Shown here: piece after piece, positions 8,934 through 18,594 of the stretch
Layout: each line of letters opens with the position of its first letter
Numbering within the stretch: the first letter of the stretch is position 1
Assembly (NCBI GenBank): GCA_041739995.1
Contig: JBGSMV010000025.1
Coordinates: forward strand, 1-55,395
DNA from: Bdellovibrionota bacterium
GTDB taxonomy: Bacteria > Bdellovibrionota_C > UBA2361 > JBGSMV01
Direction: 5' to 3'
Length of the DNA stretch: 55,395 bases
The notes under the pieces: generated by a model
The model's input: only the letters and a program-made list of their open reading frames with translations
Told to the model about the DNA's origin: nothing
Databases searched by the model: none
Translations under genes and position numbers: made by a program

Positions 8934-9407
8934 TTATTCTGAGCGAACTTGGTAGGCACTATACAGTGGAATATTATCCAGCAAAGGCTCACCTTGGGAG
9001 CGATCAACCACGCACACGACTCCCACCACAATAGCACCAAGGGCACGCAGCTTCGTGACCGCCTCAAGCGCACGGGACTGCGTGAACACCACATCATCGG
9101 CTATAAGCACACGTTTTCCTGAGATAGACGCACCCCACAACACGCCGTCGGTCTGTAGAATATGTACCTGCTTTCCTCCGGCGACTGCCGAGGCGAACAG
9201 AATGCCGTCATATGCAAGACCAACGACTGCATCAAAGGTGTGCTCGTCGAGATCTCCTGCCGCCTGAGCAGCAAGACGAGAAAGATCATTAGGCGACAGT
9301 CGAGAACAGTCAAAGAAGACCGGACTAGTTCTGCCATCCGGGAGCATGCGCGGCGGATCGCAGCGCACCGTGATTAGATCAATCAAAGCCCGAGTTGTTT
9401 CGTCCAT
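8934..9407 (-). CDS. Type I phosphoribosyltransferase-fold protein, degenerate orotate PRTase (PyrE)-like
   Basis: LPDGRTSPVFFD hood, VLIADDVVFTQS PRPP-loop variant, VVCVVDR; GAGG upstream. Confidence 0.7.
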   Translation of the reverse strand: MDETTRALIDLITVRCDPPRMLPDGRTSPVFFDCSRLSPNDLSRLAAQAAGDLDEHTFDAVVGLAYDGILFASAVAGGKQVHILQTDGVLWGASISGKRVLIADDVVFTQSRALEAVTKLRALGAIVVGVVCVVDRSQGEPLLDNIPLYSAYQVRSE

Positions 9408-9569
9408 GCTACAAACACCTCACCCACTAAATCGAGTGTTAGCTCGCCCGCGTACGACGGAAAAGCTCTATGCGAGCGCATATCATTTTTAGGAGGCTCC
9501 CGAAGGGAATAATAACATGCGATGAGAAGAATGGCAGGCCTAAGTCTCTGATTGGGCTTGCAAACGCTA

Positions 9570-10721
9570 CTAATTAGCGTCGACCTGCATCTTGGGGCTT
9601 ACCGCGGCCGGTTCCGCCTTGGAGCTCTTTGATTTGGAGCCTTTGCCCTCAAATCCGCCCTCTTCAACCAGCTTTACTCGAAGCCGGAGATTATTGGCAC
9701 TATCCGCATTTGCGAGAGCTTCTTCAAGTGAGATTTGCCCAGAACGATAGAGGTCAAACAGCGCTTGGTCGAAGGTTTGCATACCAAGATTCGTGCTCTT
9801 CTCCATCGCCTCTTTGATCTCTGAAATCTGCGCTTTATGAATAAGATCCTTCACGCGCGGGCTATCAAGCAGCACTTCAATCGCCGCTACTCGACCGCCA
9901 TCCACTCTTCGTATCAGTCGCTGACTGATAATAGCCCGGAGATTGAGGCTAAGCTGCAAGTAAATCTGGGCGTGCCGTTCAGGTGGGAAGAAGTTCATTA
10001 TTCTTTCCATGGCCTGGTTGGCATTATTGCTGTGCAGTGTCGCAAGACATAAGTGTCCTGTCTCAGCAAAAGTAATGGCGGCTTCCATAGTTTCAGTGGT
10101 ACGAATTTCACCGATCAGCACCACGTCGGGCGCTTGGCGCAAAGCATTCTTCAGTGCAGACTCGTAGCTTTCGGTATCAAGCCCAATTTCTCGCTGAGTC
10201 ACCAGTGACTTTTTGTGCGCATGAATGAATTCGATAGGATCTTCGATAGTAATAATGTGCCCAGCGCTATGCTGATTACGATAGTCAATCATGGCGGCAA
10301 GTGAGGTGGATTTTCCGGAACCGGTAGCACCAACCAGCATCACCAAACCACGCTTGGTCATTGAAACATCTTTGACCACTTGAGGAAGTGCCAAATCGTC
10401 GATAGTGGCAATGTGGCTCTTGATCTGACGAATCACAATGCCGAGGGAACCACGCTGGCGAAATACGTTAACTCGAAAGCGCCCAAGCGCAGGATAAAAG
10501 AGTGCAAGGTTTTGTTCGTTGAACTGGTAGAACTCCTTCTGCTGCCGGTCGTTCATGATACCGTTTGCCACTGCCTCAGTATCCGTCGCCAGCAAACAGT
10601 GCGTTCCCGCGGGCCGCACCACTCCGTTGATTCGATACATAGGAGGGCTGTCCACCGTCAGATACAGATCTGAGGCATCATGCTCAACCATAACTGAGAG
10701 AAGTTTTGCGACATCAAGCAT
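9570..10721 (-). CDS. pilU: Type IV pilus retraction ATPase PilU
   Basis: Walker A GATGSGKS, TIEDPIE, LIGEIR, TLHSNNANQAMERI; directly downstream of pilT. Confidence 0.92.
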   Translation of the reverse strand: MLDVAKLLSVMVEHDASDLYLTVDSPPMYRINGVVRPAGTHCLLATDTEAVANGIMNDRQQKEFYQFNEQNLALFYPALGRFRVNVFRQRGSLGIVIRQIKSHIATIDDLALPQVVKDVSMTKRGLVMLVGATGSGKSTSLAAMIDYRNQHSAGHIITIEDPIEFIHAHKKSLVTQREIGLDTESYESALKNALRQAPDVVLIGEIRTTETMEAAITFAETGHLCLATLHSNNANQAMERIMNFFPPERHAQIYLQLSLNLRAIISQRLIRRVDGGRVAAIEVLLDSPRVKDLIHKAQISEIKEAMEKSTNLGMQTFDQALFDLYRSGQISLEEALANADSANNLRLRVKLVEEGGFEGKGSKSKSSKAEPAAVSPKMQVDAN

Positions 10722-10747
10722 AGCGTTTTCCCCTGGGCGTCAATCCT

Positions 10748-11845
10748 TTAGCGCCGAGCTCCCAGTGCTCCAGATTTCGACCCGTTTTTTGACTGCGCCT
10801 GATCGAATTCCTTAAACATATCTGGATTCCCAGTTTTCTCGATGGCGGTGTCGCGAGATATCAAATTGCGATCAACCAGCTCACGAAGATGCATTTCAAG
10901 CGTTTGCATTCCGACGTTCTGAGAAGTCTGCATTACACTAGGAATCTGGTGGATCTTGCCTTCGCGGATAAGGTTACGAACGGCCGTCGTACCAATCAGA
11001 ATTTCAAGGGCCGCGACGCGCCCTCCACCAATTTTCTTACACAATGTTTGGGTAATAATGGCCTGGATTGATTCAGACAACATCGCTCGCACTTGAGCTT
11101 GTTGATTGGGCGGAAACACATCAATGATACGATCCACAGTCTTTGGCGCGCTGGAAGTATGCAGGGTTCCAAACACCAAGTGGCCTGTCTCTGCCGCAGT
11201 CAACGCAAGCTGAATGGTCTCAAGATCTCTCATTTCACCGACTAGTACGATGTCGGGATCTTCGCGCAACGCAGCTCGAAGTGCGTTATTAAAGGAGTTC
11301 GTGTGCGGTCCCACTTCACGCTGATTGACTAAGCAGCGCTTTGAGCGATGTACGAATTCTATCGGATCCTCAATGGTGAGAATATGCCCCTCGAGCTCCT
11401 CATTGATAAGGTCAATCATTCCCGCCAATGTGGTAGACTTTCCTGAACCGGTCGGACCGGTCACAAGCACGAGGCCTTTTTCTTTACGCGACACGTCAGC
11501 GAGCATCGCGGGCATATGGAGTTCTTGTAGCGAAAGGATCTTCGTTGGAATTTTTCTAAAAACTCCGCCTAGGCCTCGATTCTGCCTAAATACGTTGACA
11601 CGAAATCGGGCGATCTCACCAAGCTGCATGGAGAAATCGATGTCGTTGAATTCTTCGAATACTTTTCGCTGAGAATCCCCCATGATGTCATAGAGCATCG
11701 AGTGCGTTTGCTCTGGAGTGAGAGCGGGAGCCTTGATCTTCTTGACGTCCCCGTGCACACGAATCATCGGGGGCTCCCCCGCGCTGATGTGCAAATCAGA
11801 TGCGTCTTGTTGATATGCGAATTGAAGTAACTGCGCGATGTCCAT
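10748..11845 (-). CDS. pilT: Type IV pilus retraction ATPase PilT
   Basis: MDIAQLL start (ATG 11845), ASDLH, Walker A GPTGSGKS, ALREDPD, His boxes and the AVRNLIRE PilT signature. Confidence 0.95.
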   Translation of the reverse strand: MDIAQLLQFAYQQDASDLHISAGEPPMIRVHGDVKKIKAPALTPEQTHSMLYDIMGDSQRKVFEEFNDIDFSMQLGEIARFRVNVFRQNRGLGGVFRKIPTKILSLQELHMPAMLADVSRKEKGLVLVTGPTGSGKSTTLAGMIDLINEELEGHILTIEDPIEFVHRSKRCLVNQREVGPHTNSFNNALRAALREDPDIVLVGEMRDLETIQLALTAAETGHLVFGTLHTSSAPKTVDRIIDVFPPNQQAQVRAMLSESIQAIITQTLCKKIGGGRVAALEILIGTTAVRNLIREGKIHQIPSVMQTSQNVGMQTLEMHLRELVDRNLISRDTAIEKTGNPDMFKEFDQAQSKNGSKSGALGARR

Positions 11846-12175
11846 GCAAAGATGCGCCCTCAAGAGAACTGTTGATGACCGATACGATCTCCTGAGAGTC
11901 CTATCGGCAGGCACTCTCTAGAAATGAATGGGTAAGCGGTGGAAAACTGAGTTTGAAAGCGCGGTTATATGCTCGAGAGCCCTCAAGACTGGCTATTGGT
12001 CAATCTACCATGCTGAGCCCACACTTTTCCCCCGCAAACACCGGGTTGAATCACCAATTTAGGAGAACTTCCTAGCTTTTGGGGAGCGCTGGGACGATTC
12101 AGGCGACGCCCACGGCCCCTCCCCCTCGAGCATGGAATCACGAGACTAGGGGATTCTTCTAGACCATGTTTCTAA

Positions 12176-12285
12176 TGTCTCTACCTTCGTGCGCTTTGTG
12201 GTCTTGGTGGTTTAATCAAATTTTGGCCAATTCTTGGAGTTTGAGCTTGGGTGCACCACCAAGGCCACTAAGAGTTAGTTTTTCA
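12176..12285 (+). repeat. Dispersed ~110-bp repeat, copy A (upstream of mfd), with internal inverted repeat
   Basis: Aligns with 16079-16182 (about 86 of 102 aligned positions by hand). GTGGTCTTGGTGG can pair with CCACCAAGGCCAC. Confidence 0.85.
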
Positions 12286-12367
12286 GCTGTTCGGAAGCAG
12301 GTTTGCAAAACTCTTTCTTCGTCACTTATTCCCTCAGTCGAGCATTTTCCCTACATTCACTAACTGT

Positions 12368-15300
12368 ATGGAAGAGCCCCCAACATTTAATCAAGCCGAC
12401 TCCGCTGAACCAGCGACTCGTCTCCCTGCCGTCACGCTCTACCGCGGTGCGTACGGTGCGGCGCGTAGCTGGGTAGTCGCTCAGGTTGCACGAGAAGGGC
12501 GACCCGTGCTTGTGGTATGCAAGAACCGCACTTCTGCAGAACAGATTTTGTCTGACCTGGCGTTCTTTGCCCCGGAACGTGCCGTGCGCTGGTTTCCAGG
12601 ATGGGAAACTCTACCCTTTGAGCTTGTCTCTCCTACTTCCGATATCTGCGGCCAGCGCTTAAGAGTTATTCACGAACTTCAGCAAGGCGAGCCGCTCGTA
12701 GTCGTTGCTTCCGCAGATGCGCTCCTGCAAGCACTTCCACCTCGGAAGTTTTTAGACCGCCTTTCAGTTCAAGTCGCAACCGGGGCACAGGTAAGCCGTG
12801 CTGACTTCTGCGAACAACTTAAAATTGGCGGCTACCTGCCTGTCTCCTTGGTCGAGTCACCCGGTGAAATGGCGGCGCACGGCCTGGTAGTTGATGTCTT
12901 CCCGGCTGGACTTACTCACCCACTACGAGTCGAGTTCGACCAAAGCACTGTCACTTCACTGAGATCCTTCGATTCAGACACTCAGAGAACCATTGCGGAT
13001 TTCCCAGAAACTACAATCCCACCCTCTCGAGAACGCATTCCACTGCATGCATTTCCTGATTGGCAAACCAACCTCTCAGACGCGCTCGATCGAACAAAGG
13101 CACGAGCCGCCGCACTGGAAACTCCCGCGCGCGAAGTGACTCGCATTCTTGATGCACTCGCAAAAGGGACTGAGTATCCAGGAATTGAAATAATTTCCGC
13201 TCTCGCACTGGGAAGCCGCGAATCTATTTTCGACGCGTTACCAGCGAACACCGCAGTAGTAACTATCGATGGTCTGGGAGTGCAGCAGGCCCTCGACACT
13301 CACTCGGACGCCATTGATGAACGGCTCGAACGCCTCTCGGCAGAACACTTTCTCGTTCCCGAAAGAAAGGACCTCTTCTTAAACGTAGAAGAAGTGTTGT
13401 CGGCACTGCAGCGTTATGACCGATCCACGGTAGATGATTTGGACGTGTTGGGGAGTCGCTCTGAGAACCGCATCATCACGGTGCCGATTCGGTCTGAGGC
13501 AAATACCGAACTCACCGCACGGTTGCGTGGAAATATCGGCTCAGGCGATGCGCTTGAACCTCTAAAGAAATATCTGACCCGCTACCGGCGAAAGGGCTAT
13601 GACGTCGCTTTTGTGGTCGGGTCGTCACAGCGTGCAGAGAGATTGCAGCGCATCTTGCTTGGCATTGACATAGACGCAAAAACGCCCGCTTTTTCCGCTC
13701 CACAGTGGATTCATGCGCCGCACCGCTATCCCGTAGTCATACTCGAAGGGCATCTCTCAGACGGATTCCTTCTTCATGAACAGCAGCTACTCCTGATAGC
13801 TGAGCACGAAGTTTTCGCTGAAAAATCCTATAGGTCCTCGAGGAAAGCTCGCACAAGCCTCAAGCGCCTGCTTGGCACTTTGGCTCTTCTTAAAAATGGG
13901 GACTTCATCGTGCACACCGACTTTGGGGTCGGTCGCTACTGCGGGCTCACTCACCGCGAAGTTGAGCAAAATACTGGTGACTTTCTTCACATCGAATATG
14001 CCGACAGCGTATTGTATCTGCCGGTACAGAACATTGCGAAAATCCAAAAATTTGTGGCAAGCGAAGGTGCCACCCCTCAGCTGGACAAACTAAGCTCAAC
14101 TCGCTGGACCAAGACAAAGCAGAAGGTAAAAGAACAAGTAGCCTCTCTTGCAGGTGACCTCATTCGACTTTACGCCGCAAGAAGCGTGGCAAAGGGTTGG
14201 CGCTTTGATAGTCCAGGGGCCGAGGATGACCGCTTTGCGGAGCACTTCCCCTACGACGAGACCCCTGACCAAAATAAGGCGATACAAGACACCTTGGAAG
14301 ATCTTGCTTCTGAGCGACCAATGGATCGCTTGGTCTGTGGTGACGTGGGTTTCGGAAAGACAGAAGTCGCCATTCGTGCCGCGTTTAAATGCATTCAACA
14401 CGCCAGGCAAGTAGCGGTGCTTGTTCCGACCACAATTTTAGCTGAACAGCATTTCTTGAGTTTTACCAGGCGCTTTGACGGTTACCCGGTTTCAATCGGC
14501 GTCATTAGTCGATTTCATTCGGCCGAAGAAAACAAACAAGTACTCGCCAAGCTTACTTCAGGCGAACTTGATATCGTGATAGGTACCCACCGACTACTTT
14601 CACGCGACGTGGCCTTTAAAGACTTAGGCTTGCTTATCATCGATGAGGAGCATCGCTTCGGCGTGCAACAAAAAGAGCGAATGAAGGCGCTAAAGAAGAG
14701 CGTCGACGTGCTCACCCTCACTGCGACACCTATCCCGCGGACTCTGCACATGTCCCTGCTTGGCATACGAGATATAAGCCTGATTAGCACACCGCCAGTT
14801 GATCGACGTGTCATTCGAACCTACGTTGCCTCACACGAAGACGCCCTGATAAGAGACGTTTTATTGAGAGAGTTGCAGCGTGGCGGACAGGCATTTTATG
14901 TGCACAACCGAGTGCAAAATATCGAGGCGGTAGTTGCATCTCTTAAGCAGTTAGTCCCCGAAGCGCGCTACGGATTCGCACACGGGCAGATGAGCGAGAA
15001 ACAACTCGAGCCTGTAATGAAACGCTTCATCGATAGAGAAATTGACGTACTCATAGCCACCAGCATCATAGAATCGGGCATTGATATCCCCAACGCCAAC
15101 ACCATTATTATAGACCGCGCCGACACCTTTGGCCTCGCTCAGCTCTACCAGCTGCGGGGACGCGTAGGGCGATCGAGTCGCCAAGCTTTTTGCTATTTTC
15201 TAATCCCAAAGATGCGATCATTAGGCGGAGAGGCACAGCAGCGACTGAAGGCGCTACAAGCCTTAGATGATTTAGGTCTCGGATTTAATCTTGCTATGCG

Positions 15301-15910
15301 TGATCTCGAAATTCGTGGCGCGGGCAATCTTCTAGGGCGCGAGCAATCCGGGTCCGTTCTAGCGGTTGGTTTCGAGCTTTACTCTCGCATTCTTAAAGAA
15401 GCTATTTTGAACCTCAAAGGCGAAGAGACCGACTTTAGGGAGTCAATTGAGCCTGAGGTGAAACTGGGCATTCCCGCCTTTATTCCTGAGCACTATCTGC
15501 CCGACGTTTCAGAGCGGCTTGTTCTCTATCAGCGCTTTGCCGCAATCGCTTCCTCCGATGAAGGAGCACTACTGCTGGAGGAAGTGATAGACCGCTTCGG
15601 CCCTGCGCCTAAAGAAGCTATCAACTTGGCAGAGCTAATGAGCTTCCGTTCTCTGCTTCGTGAGTTTGGAGTGCTTAAAGCCGAATTCAAGGCGGGGAAA
15701 CTTACTTTGTCGTTTAGCCCGAACGCGCCGGTTGATATAGAAAAACTCTTGTCCCTTGAAAAGGAAGATTCCAAAACATTCAAATTTGGGAAAAACCTGG
15801 CCCTGTCAGTGCGAACGTCTATTGCTGAGTTAAGAAGTCCGCAAGACCTCGCACCTCTGGTGTCTAACATTCTCCAGCGCGTCTGCACCCGCCAGCTTGC
15901 CTTACAATAA
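12368..15910 (+). CDS. mfd: Transcription-repair coupling factor
   Basis: 1180 aa with UvrB-like N-terminus, CarD/RID region ([14 protein letters not shown]), [41 protein letters not shown] and TRCF C-terminus. Confidence 0.97.
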   Translation: MEEPPTFNQADSAEPATRLPAVTLYRGAYGAARSWVVAQVAREGRPVLVVCKNRTSAEQILSDLAFFAPERAVRWFPGWETLPFELVSPTSDICGQRLRVIHELQQGEPLVVVASADALLQALPPRKFLDRLSVQVATGAQVSRADFCEQLKIGGYLPVSLVESPGEMAAHGLVVDVFPAGLTHPLRVEFDQSTVTSLRSFDSDTQRTIADFPETTIPPSRERIPLHAFPDWQTNLSDALDRTKARAAALETPAREVTRILDALAKGTEYPGIEIISALALGSRESIFDALPANTAVVTIDGLGVQQALDTHSDAIDERLERLSAEHFLVPERKDLFLNVEEVLSALQRYDRSTVDDLDVLGSRSENRIITVPIRSEANTELTARLRGNIGSGDALEPLKKYLTRYRRKGYDVAFVVGSSQRAERLQRILLGIDIDAKTPAFSAPQWIHAPHRYPVVILEGHLSDGFLLHEQQLLLIAEHEVFAEKSYRSSRKARTSLKRLLGTLALLKNGDFIVHTDFGVGRYCGLTHREVEQNTGDFLHIEYADSVLYLPVQNIAKIQKFVASEGATPQLDKLSSTRWTKTKQKVKEQVASLAGDLIRLYAARSVAKGWRFDSPGAEDDRFAEHFPYDETPDQNKAIQDTLEDLASERPMDRLVCGDVGFGKTEVAIRAAFKCIQHARQVAVLVPTTILAEQHFLSFTRRFDGYPVSIGVISRFHSAEENKQVLAKLTSGELDIVIGTHRLLSRDVAFKDLGLLIIDEEHRFGVQQKERMKALKKSVDVLTLTATPIPRTLHMSLLGIRDISLISTPPVDRRVIRTYVASHEDALIRDVLLRELQRGGQAFYVHNRVQNIEAVVASLKQLVPEARYGFAHGQMSEKQLEPVMKRFIDREIDVLIATSIIESGIDIPNANTIIIDRADTFGLAQLYQLRGRVGRSSRQAFCYFLIPKMRSLGGEAQQRLKALQALDDLGLGFNLAMRDLEIRGAGNLLGREQSGSVLAVGFELYSRILKEAILNLKGEETDFRESIEPEVKLGIPAFIPEHYLPDVSERLVLYQRFAAIASSDEGALLLEEVIDRFGPAPKEAINLAELMSFRSLLREFGVLKAEFKAGKLTLSFSPNAPVDIEKLLSLEKEDSKTFKFGKNLALSVRTSIAELRSPQDLAPLVSNILQRVCTRQLALQ

Positions 15911-16078
15911 GTTTATCTAGCGCGCTGAGGCAGAAGTTCATTTAAGTATTTTTCTCACTATTCTCGCTAAGCTCATTGTGTAATTCATTAAATATATTCA
16001 CCAAGAGAGCAGCGAGCTCCGCGAGAATCATTCATCGAACTTTTAACTCAGGACATTAGGGAGCCTCTGAACAACTCG

Positions 16079-16182
16079 TGTTTCTATCTTCGTGCGCTGT
16101 GTGGCCTTCGTGGTTTAATCAAATTTAGGCCAATTTCTTGAGTTTGTTTGCACCATTAAGACCACTGACATTTAGTTATTCA
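16079..16182 (+). repeat. Dispersed ~104-bp repeat, copy B (downstream of mfd)
   Basis: Direct-orientation diverged copy of 12176-12285, in the convergent mfd / PMT-like intergenic gap. Confidence 0.85.
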
Positions 16183-16186
16183 AAGT

Positions 16187-18148
16187 TTATCTAGATAGCG
16201 TTGGTTCGAGCCAGTTGGCGTGATGATTATCTATTCCGTCACCAAGCGGTCGCACCGAAAGTGTCAGTGTCTGCACTCCAGCCACTGACAAATCAAAGAT
16301 CTTCGCCCCTGACGAAAGCGTCACTTCATCGCTATCCCAGAGCAGGCGCCCATCGCCCAGAATCTCGAATCGAAGTCTCGGGGCAGCGCCTGTCTTTTCC
16401 TTCAGGTAATCAGGCAGTCCTACTTTACCGGTAAAGCGCGAGAACTGCCCCTTTAACGGGAACTCCAGATTTGAAATAGCGTGTACCCCGATTCCCTGTG
16501 CGAACGTCTGCCCGCCAACGATCAAAGGAAGTTGCTCCACCGTTACGTTTTGCCGAGGTTCGCCCCAATCTTGAAAGCCCTTGGAAGCACGAATGCCAGA
16601 GATTGCCACATCTGGAGCTGGTTTTACCTTTGGATCACACAGCGACTTGGCGATGCCGTTCGCTGGATCGGCACCAGCAGGCCTCAAATCCCACAGCATA
16701 GCCCACGACCTTTGCCGCAGATCTTCGTCCGAGAGAGGTTGAGAGTAGGTCAGCGGGCTCATGAATGAGTAGGCCCCCCAAACCAAGGCAGAGAGACAAG
16801 TCAGGCCAACGGAAACATACCCACTATTTAACCGTCGCCCCGCAACAGACCGAACCTCTCGCAGCAACAATCCACACAGCACATAGGCAATAATCAGTGG
16901 GATAAAATAATGATAGAGATACATGACCCGCGGAAGGTTCATCATCACCACCATGTAGCCCACATACATCGCGGCAAAAGAGAAAATGAGCCCTTGATTG
17001 CGAAGCGCTGAGCGAAGCCCAAGAAACCACTGAGCACACAGAGTTCCGATGCTCGCCAAAACCACCAGCAGCGCTACGGTCCAAGACGCTGGATTCGAAA
17101 CCAAATAAAGGTAGCTAGCCTTTCCGTCCTTTCGCTCCCAGCGGTAATTAATAGTTCGCCCACCAAAGGGCCAGAGGATGGCGGGGCTGCCGTTCTCGTT
17201 CTGAGCGCACAAATTCAACTTCGGCACACCTTTTTGGTAATGCGACACAAAGGCTAAAGAATCTCGTAACATCAACGGAAAAGCCCGCACGGAAAGCAGG
17301 TCACCCTTCTCTACCAATCCTTTGTATTCTGGTGAGGCCTGATACCAACCCGCATTAGGGAGTCTCGCGTCAATGTTTCTCGCCATTGAGAAATGGATTT
17401 GCCAGACAGTGACGTAAACAAGGAGACCAGCGAGTGTGAGGGATGCGAAGACTTGGGCACCAAGCCACCAATTCTTCCGAAAATGCCAAAGCATAACTGG
17501 AAACAGCAGGCACAGAATCAGGGCGTTTACCTTGGTCACCATAGCCGCGGCAAAACTGGCGCCCACCAGCGCGCCCAGCAGCAACGTCAAGGCCTTCGGT
17601 CGACGTCGATGTTTGAGAAGTAACACTACTCCTAGAATCATCAGCGCAACGAAGAACAACTGAGTTCCTTCGAGCATCGCACCCCGACCGTGCACAATCA
17701 GCGCGTTGTCGAACAGATAGAGCGCACTAAGGCACAGCGCCCACCACACCCTTCCGGTGATAAGCACAAAGATCCAATAGAGCACCGGTGCGGTGAACCA
17801 ACTAAGCAGCGCAGGAAAGAAGCGATAGCCTGCGAACGAAAATCCCTTAGGCGAGTTCTTGGCGTGATCAGTACCAATAAACTGATTGCTCTCTTCATTG
17901 GCCTCAAACAGGTACTCACCGGCAGCTATTAAGAGCTTCCCTAGCGGGGGGTGCGGCTCCATGAAGAACACGCCATGCAGATACTTTTGAGCATGCGCTA
18001 CGTGATAGTTTTCATCCCAAAAGAAAAACGGTGGCTCGGCATAGCCCTTAAAATGAGTGAAGTACCCTATCAGGATGCACAGCAAACAAAGTATCCAAGC
18101 AGGAACAGGCGGTCGAAAGTATGTTCTCCAGCTCCGCCCGCGTGTCAT
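16187..18148 (-). CDS. GT39/PMT-like protein O-mannosyltransferase family glycosyltransferase with a C-terminal NPCBM/NEW2 domain
   Basis: FFWDENYH catalytic DE motif, HPPLGKLLI, many TMs, RVMYLYHY; C-terminal GIGVHA...FSRFTGKVGL...FEILGDG...W typical of NPCBM. Confidence 0.85.
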   Translation of the reverse strand: MTRGRSWRTYFRPPVPAWILCLLCILIGYFTHFKGYAEPPFFFWDENYHVAHAQKYLHGVFFMEPHPPLGKLLIAAGEYLFEANEESNQFIGTDHAKNSPKGFSFAGYRFFPALLSWFTAPVLYWIFVLITGRVWWALCLSALYLFDNALIVHGRGAMLEGTQLFFVALMILGVVLLLKHRRRPKALTLLLGALVGASFAAAMVTKVNALILCLLFPVMLWHFRKNWWLGAQVFASLTLAGLLVYVTVWQIHFSMARNIDARLPNAGWYQASPEYKGLVEKGDLLSVRAFPLMLRDSLAFVSHYQKGVPKLNLCAQNENGSPAILWPFGGRTINYRWERKDGKASYLYLVSNPASWTVALLVVLASIGTLCAQWFLGLRSALRNQGLIFSFAAMYVGYMVVMMNLPRVMYLYHYFIPLIIAYVLCGLLLREVRSVAGRRLNSGYVSVGLTCLSALVWGAYSFMSPLTYSQPLSDEDLRQRSWAMLWDLRPAGADPANGIAKSLCDPKVKPAPDVAISGIRASKGFQDWGEPRQNVTVEQLPLIVGGQTFAQGIGVHAISNLEFPLKGQFSRFTGKVGLPDYLKEKTGAAPRLRFEILGDGRLLWDSDEVTLSSGAKIFDLSVAGVQTLTLSVRPLGDGIDNHHANWLEPTLSR

Positions 18149-18594
18149 TTGCTAGTCCTCATCTTCAATTGCTCTCCGTAGGGTCCACACTATACGTCCT
18201 CCAGCGTACGACAGCACTAGGCTCATGCAAGCTCAGGCTAAAGGCAAACAAGCCCATTTCAATAGTGAAACCCTCGCAGTCGATCCGGCGCAAGGGCAGA
18301 AAGGCAAGAAGAACGTTGGCCGTGGGTCCGGCCCCTCTTTCAGTTGCTACCGTCGACCTCCTTGAGCCCACATGGTACTGATCAAGCTAATATTTCTTGA
18401 ATATTGTAGCTTGTTCGTATCCGTTCACGGGGTAAAATTAACTGGTGGCGGTAGGTAGTTATTGGGCTGAAAAATACTTGAGTGGTGGCAATTCTGTGGT
18501 CGTCCCCTAATCGGGAACGACTGCATTTTGTGAACGGATAGTATTTTCACCCCCGATTTGCTTCGCAAATCGACCCCTTCGGGGTAACTCAGAA

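Noticed and set aside
12166..12363. 65-aa ORF upstream of mfd
   Set aside because: It overlaps the non-coding repeat, whose second copy does not preserve the frame.
12176..16182. CRISPR array or composite transposon around mfd
   Set aside because: Only two long diverged copies; no spacers, cas genes, transposase or target-site duplication seen.
18165..18371. 68-aa minus-strand ORF upstream of the PMT-like gene
   Set aside because: No recognisable motif or SD; cannot be supported.
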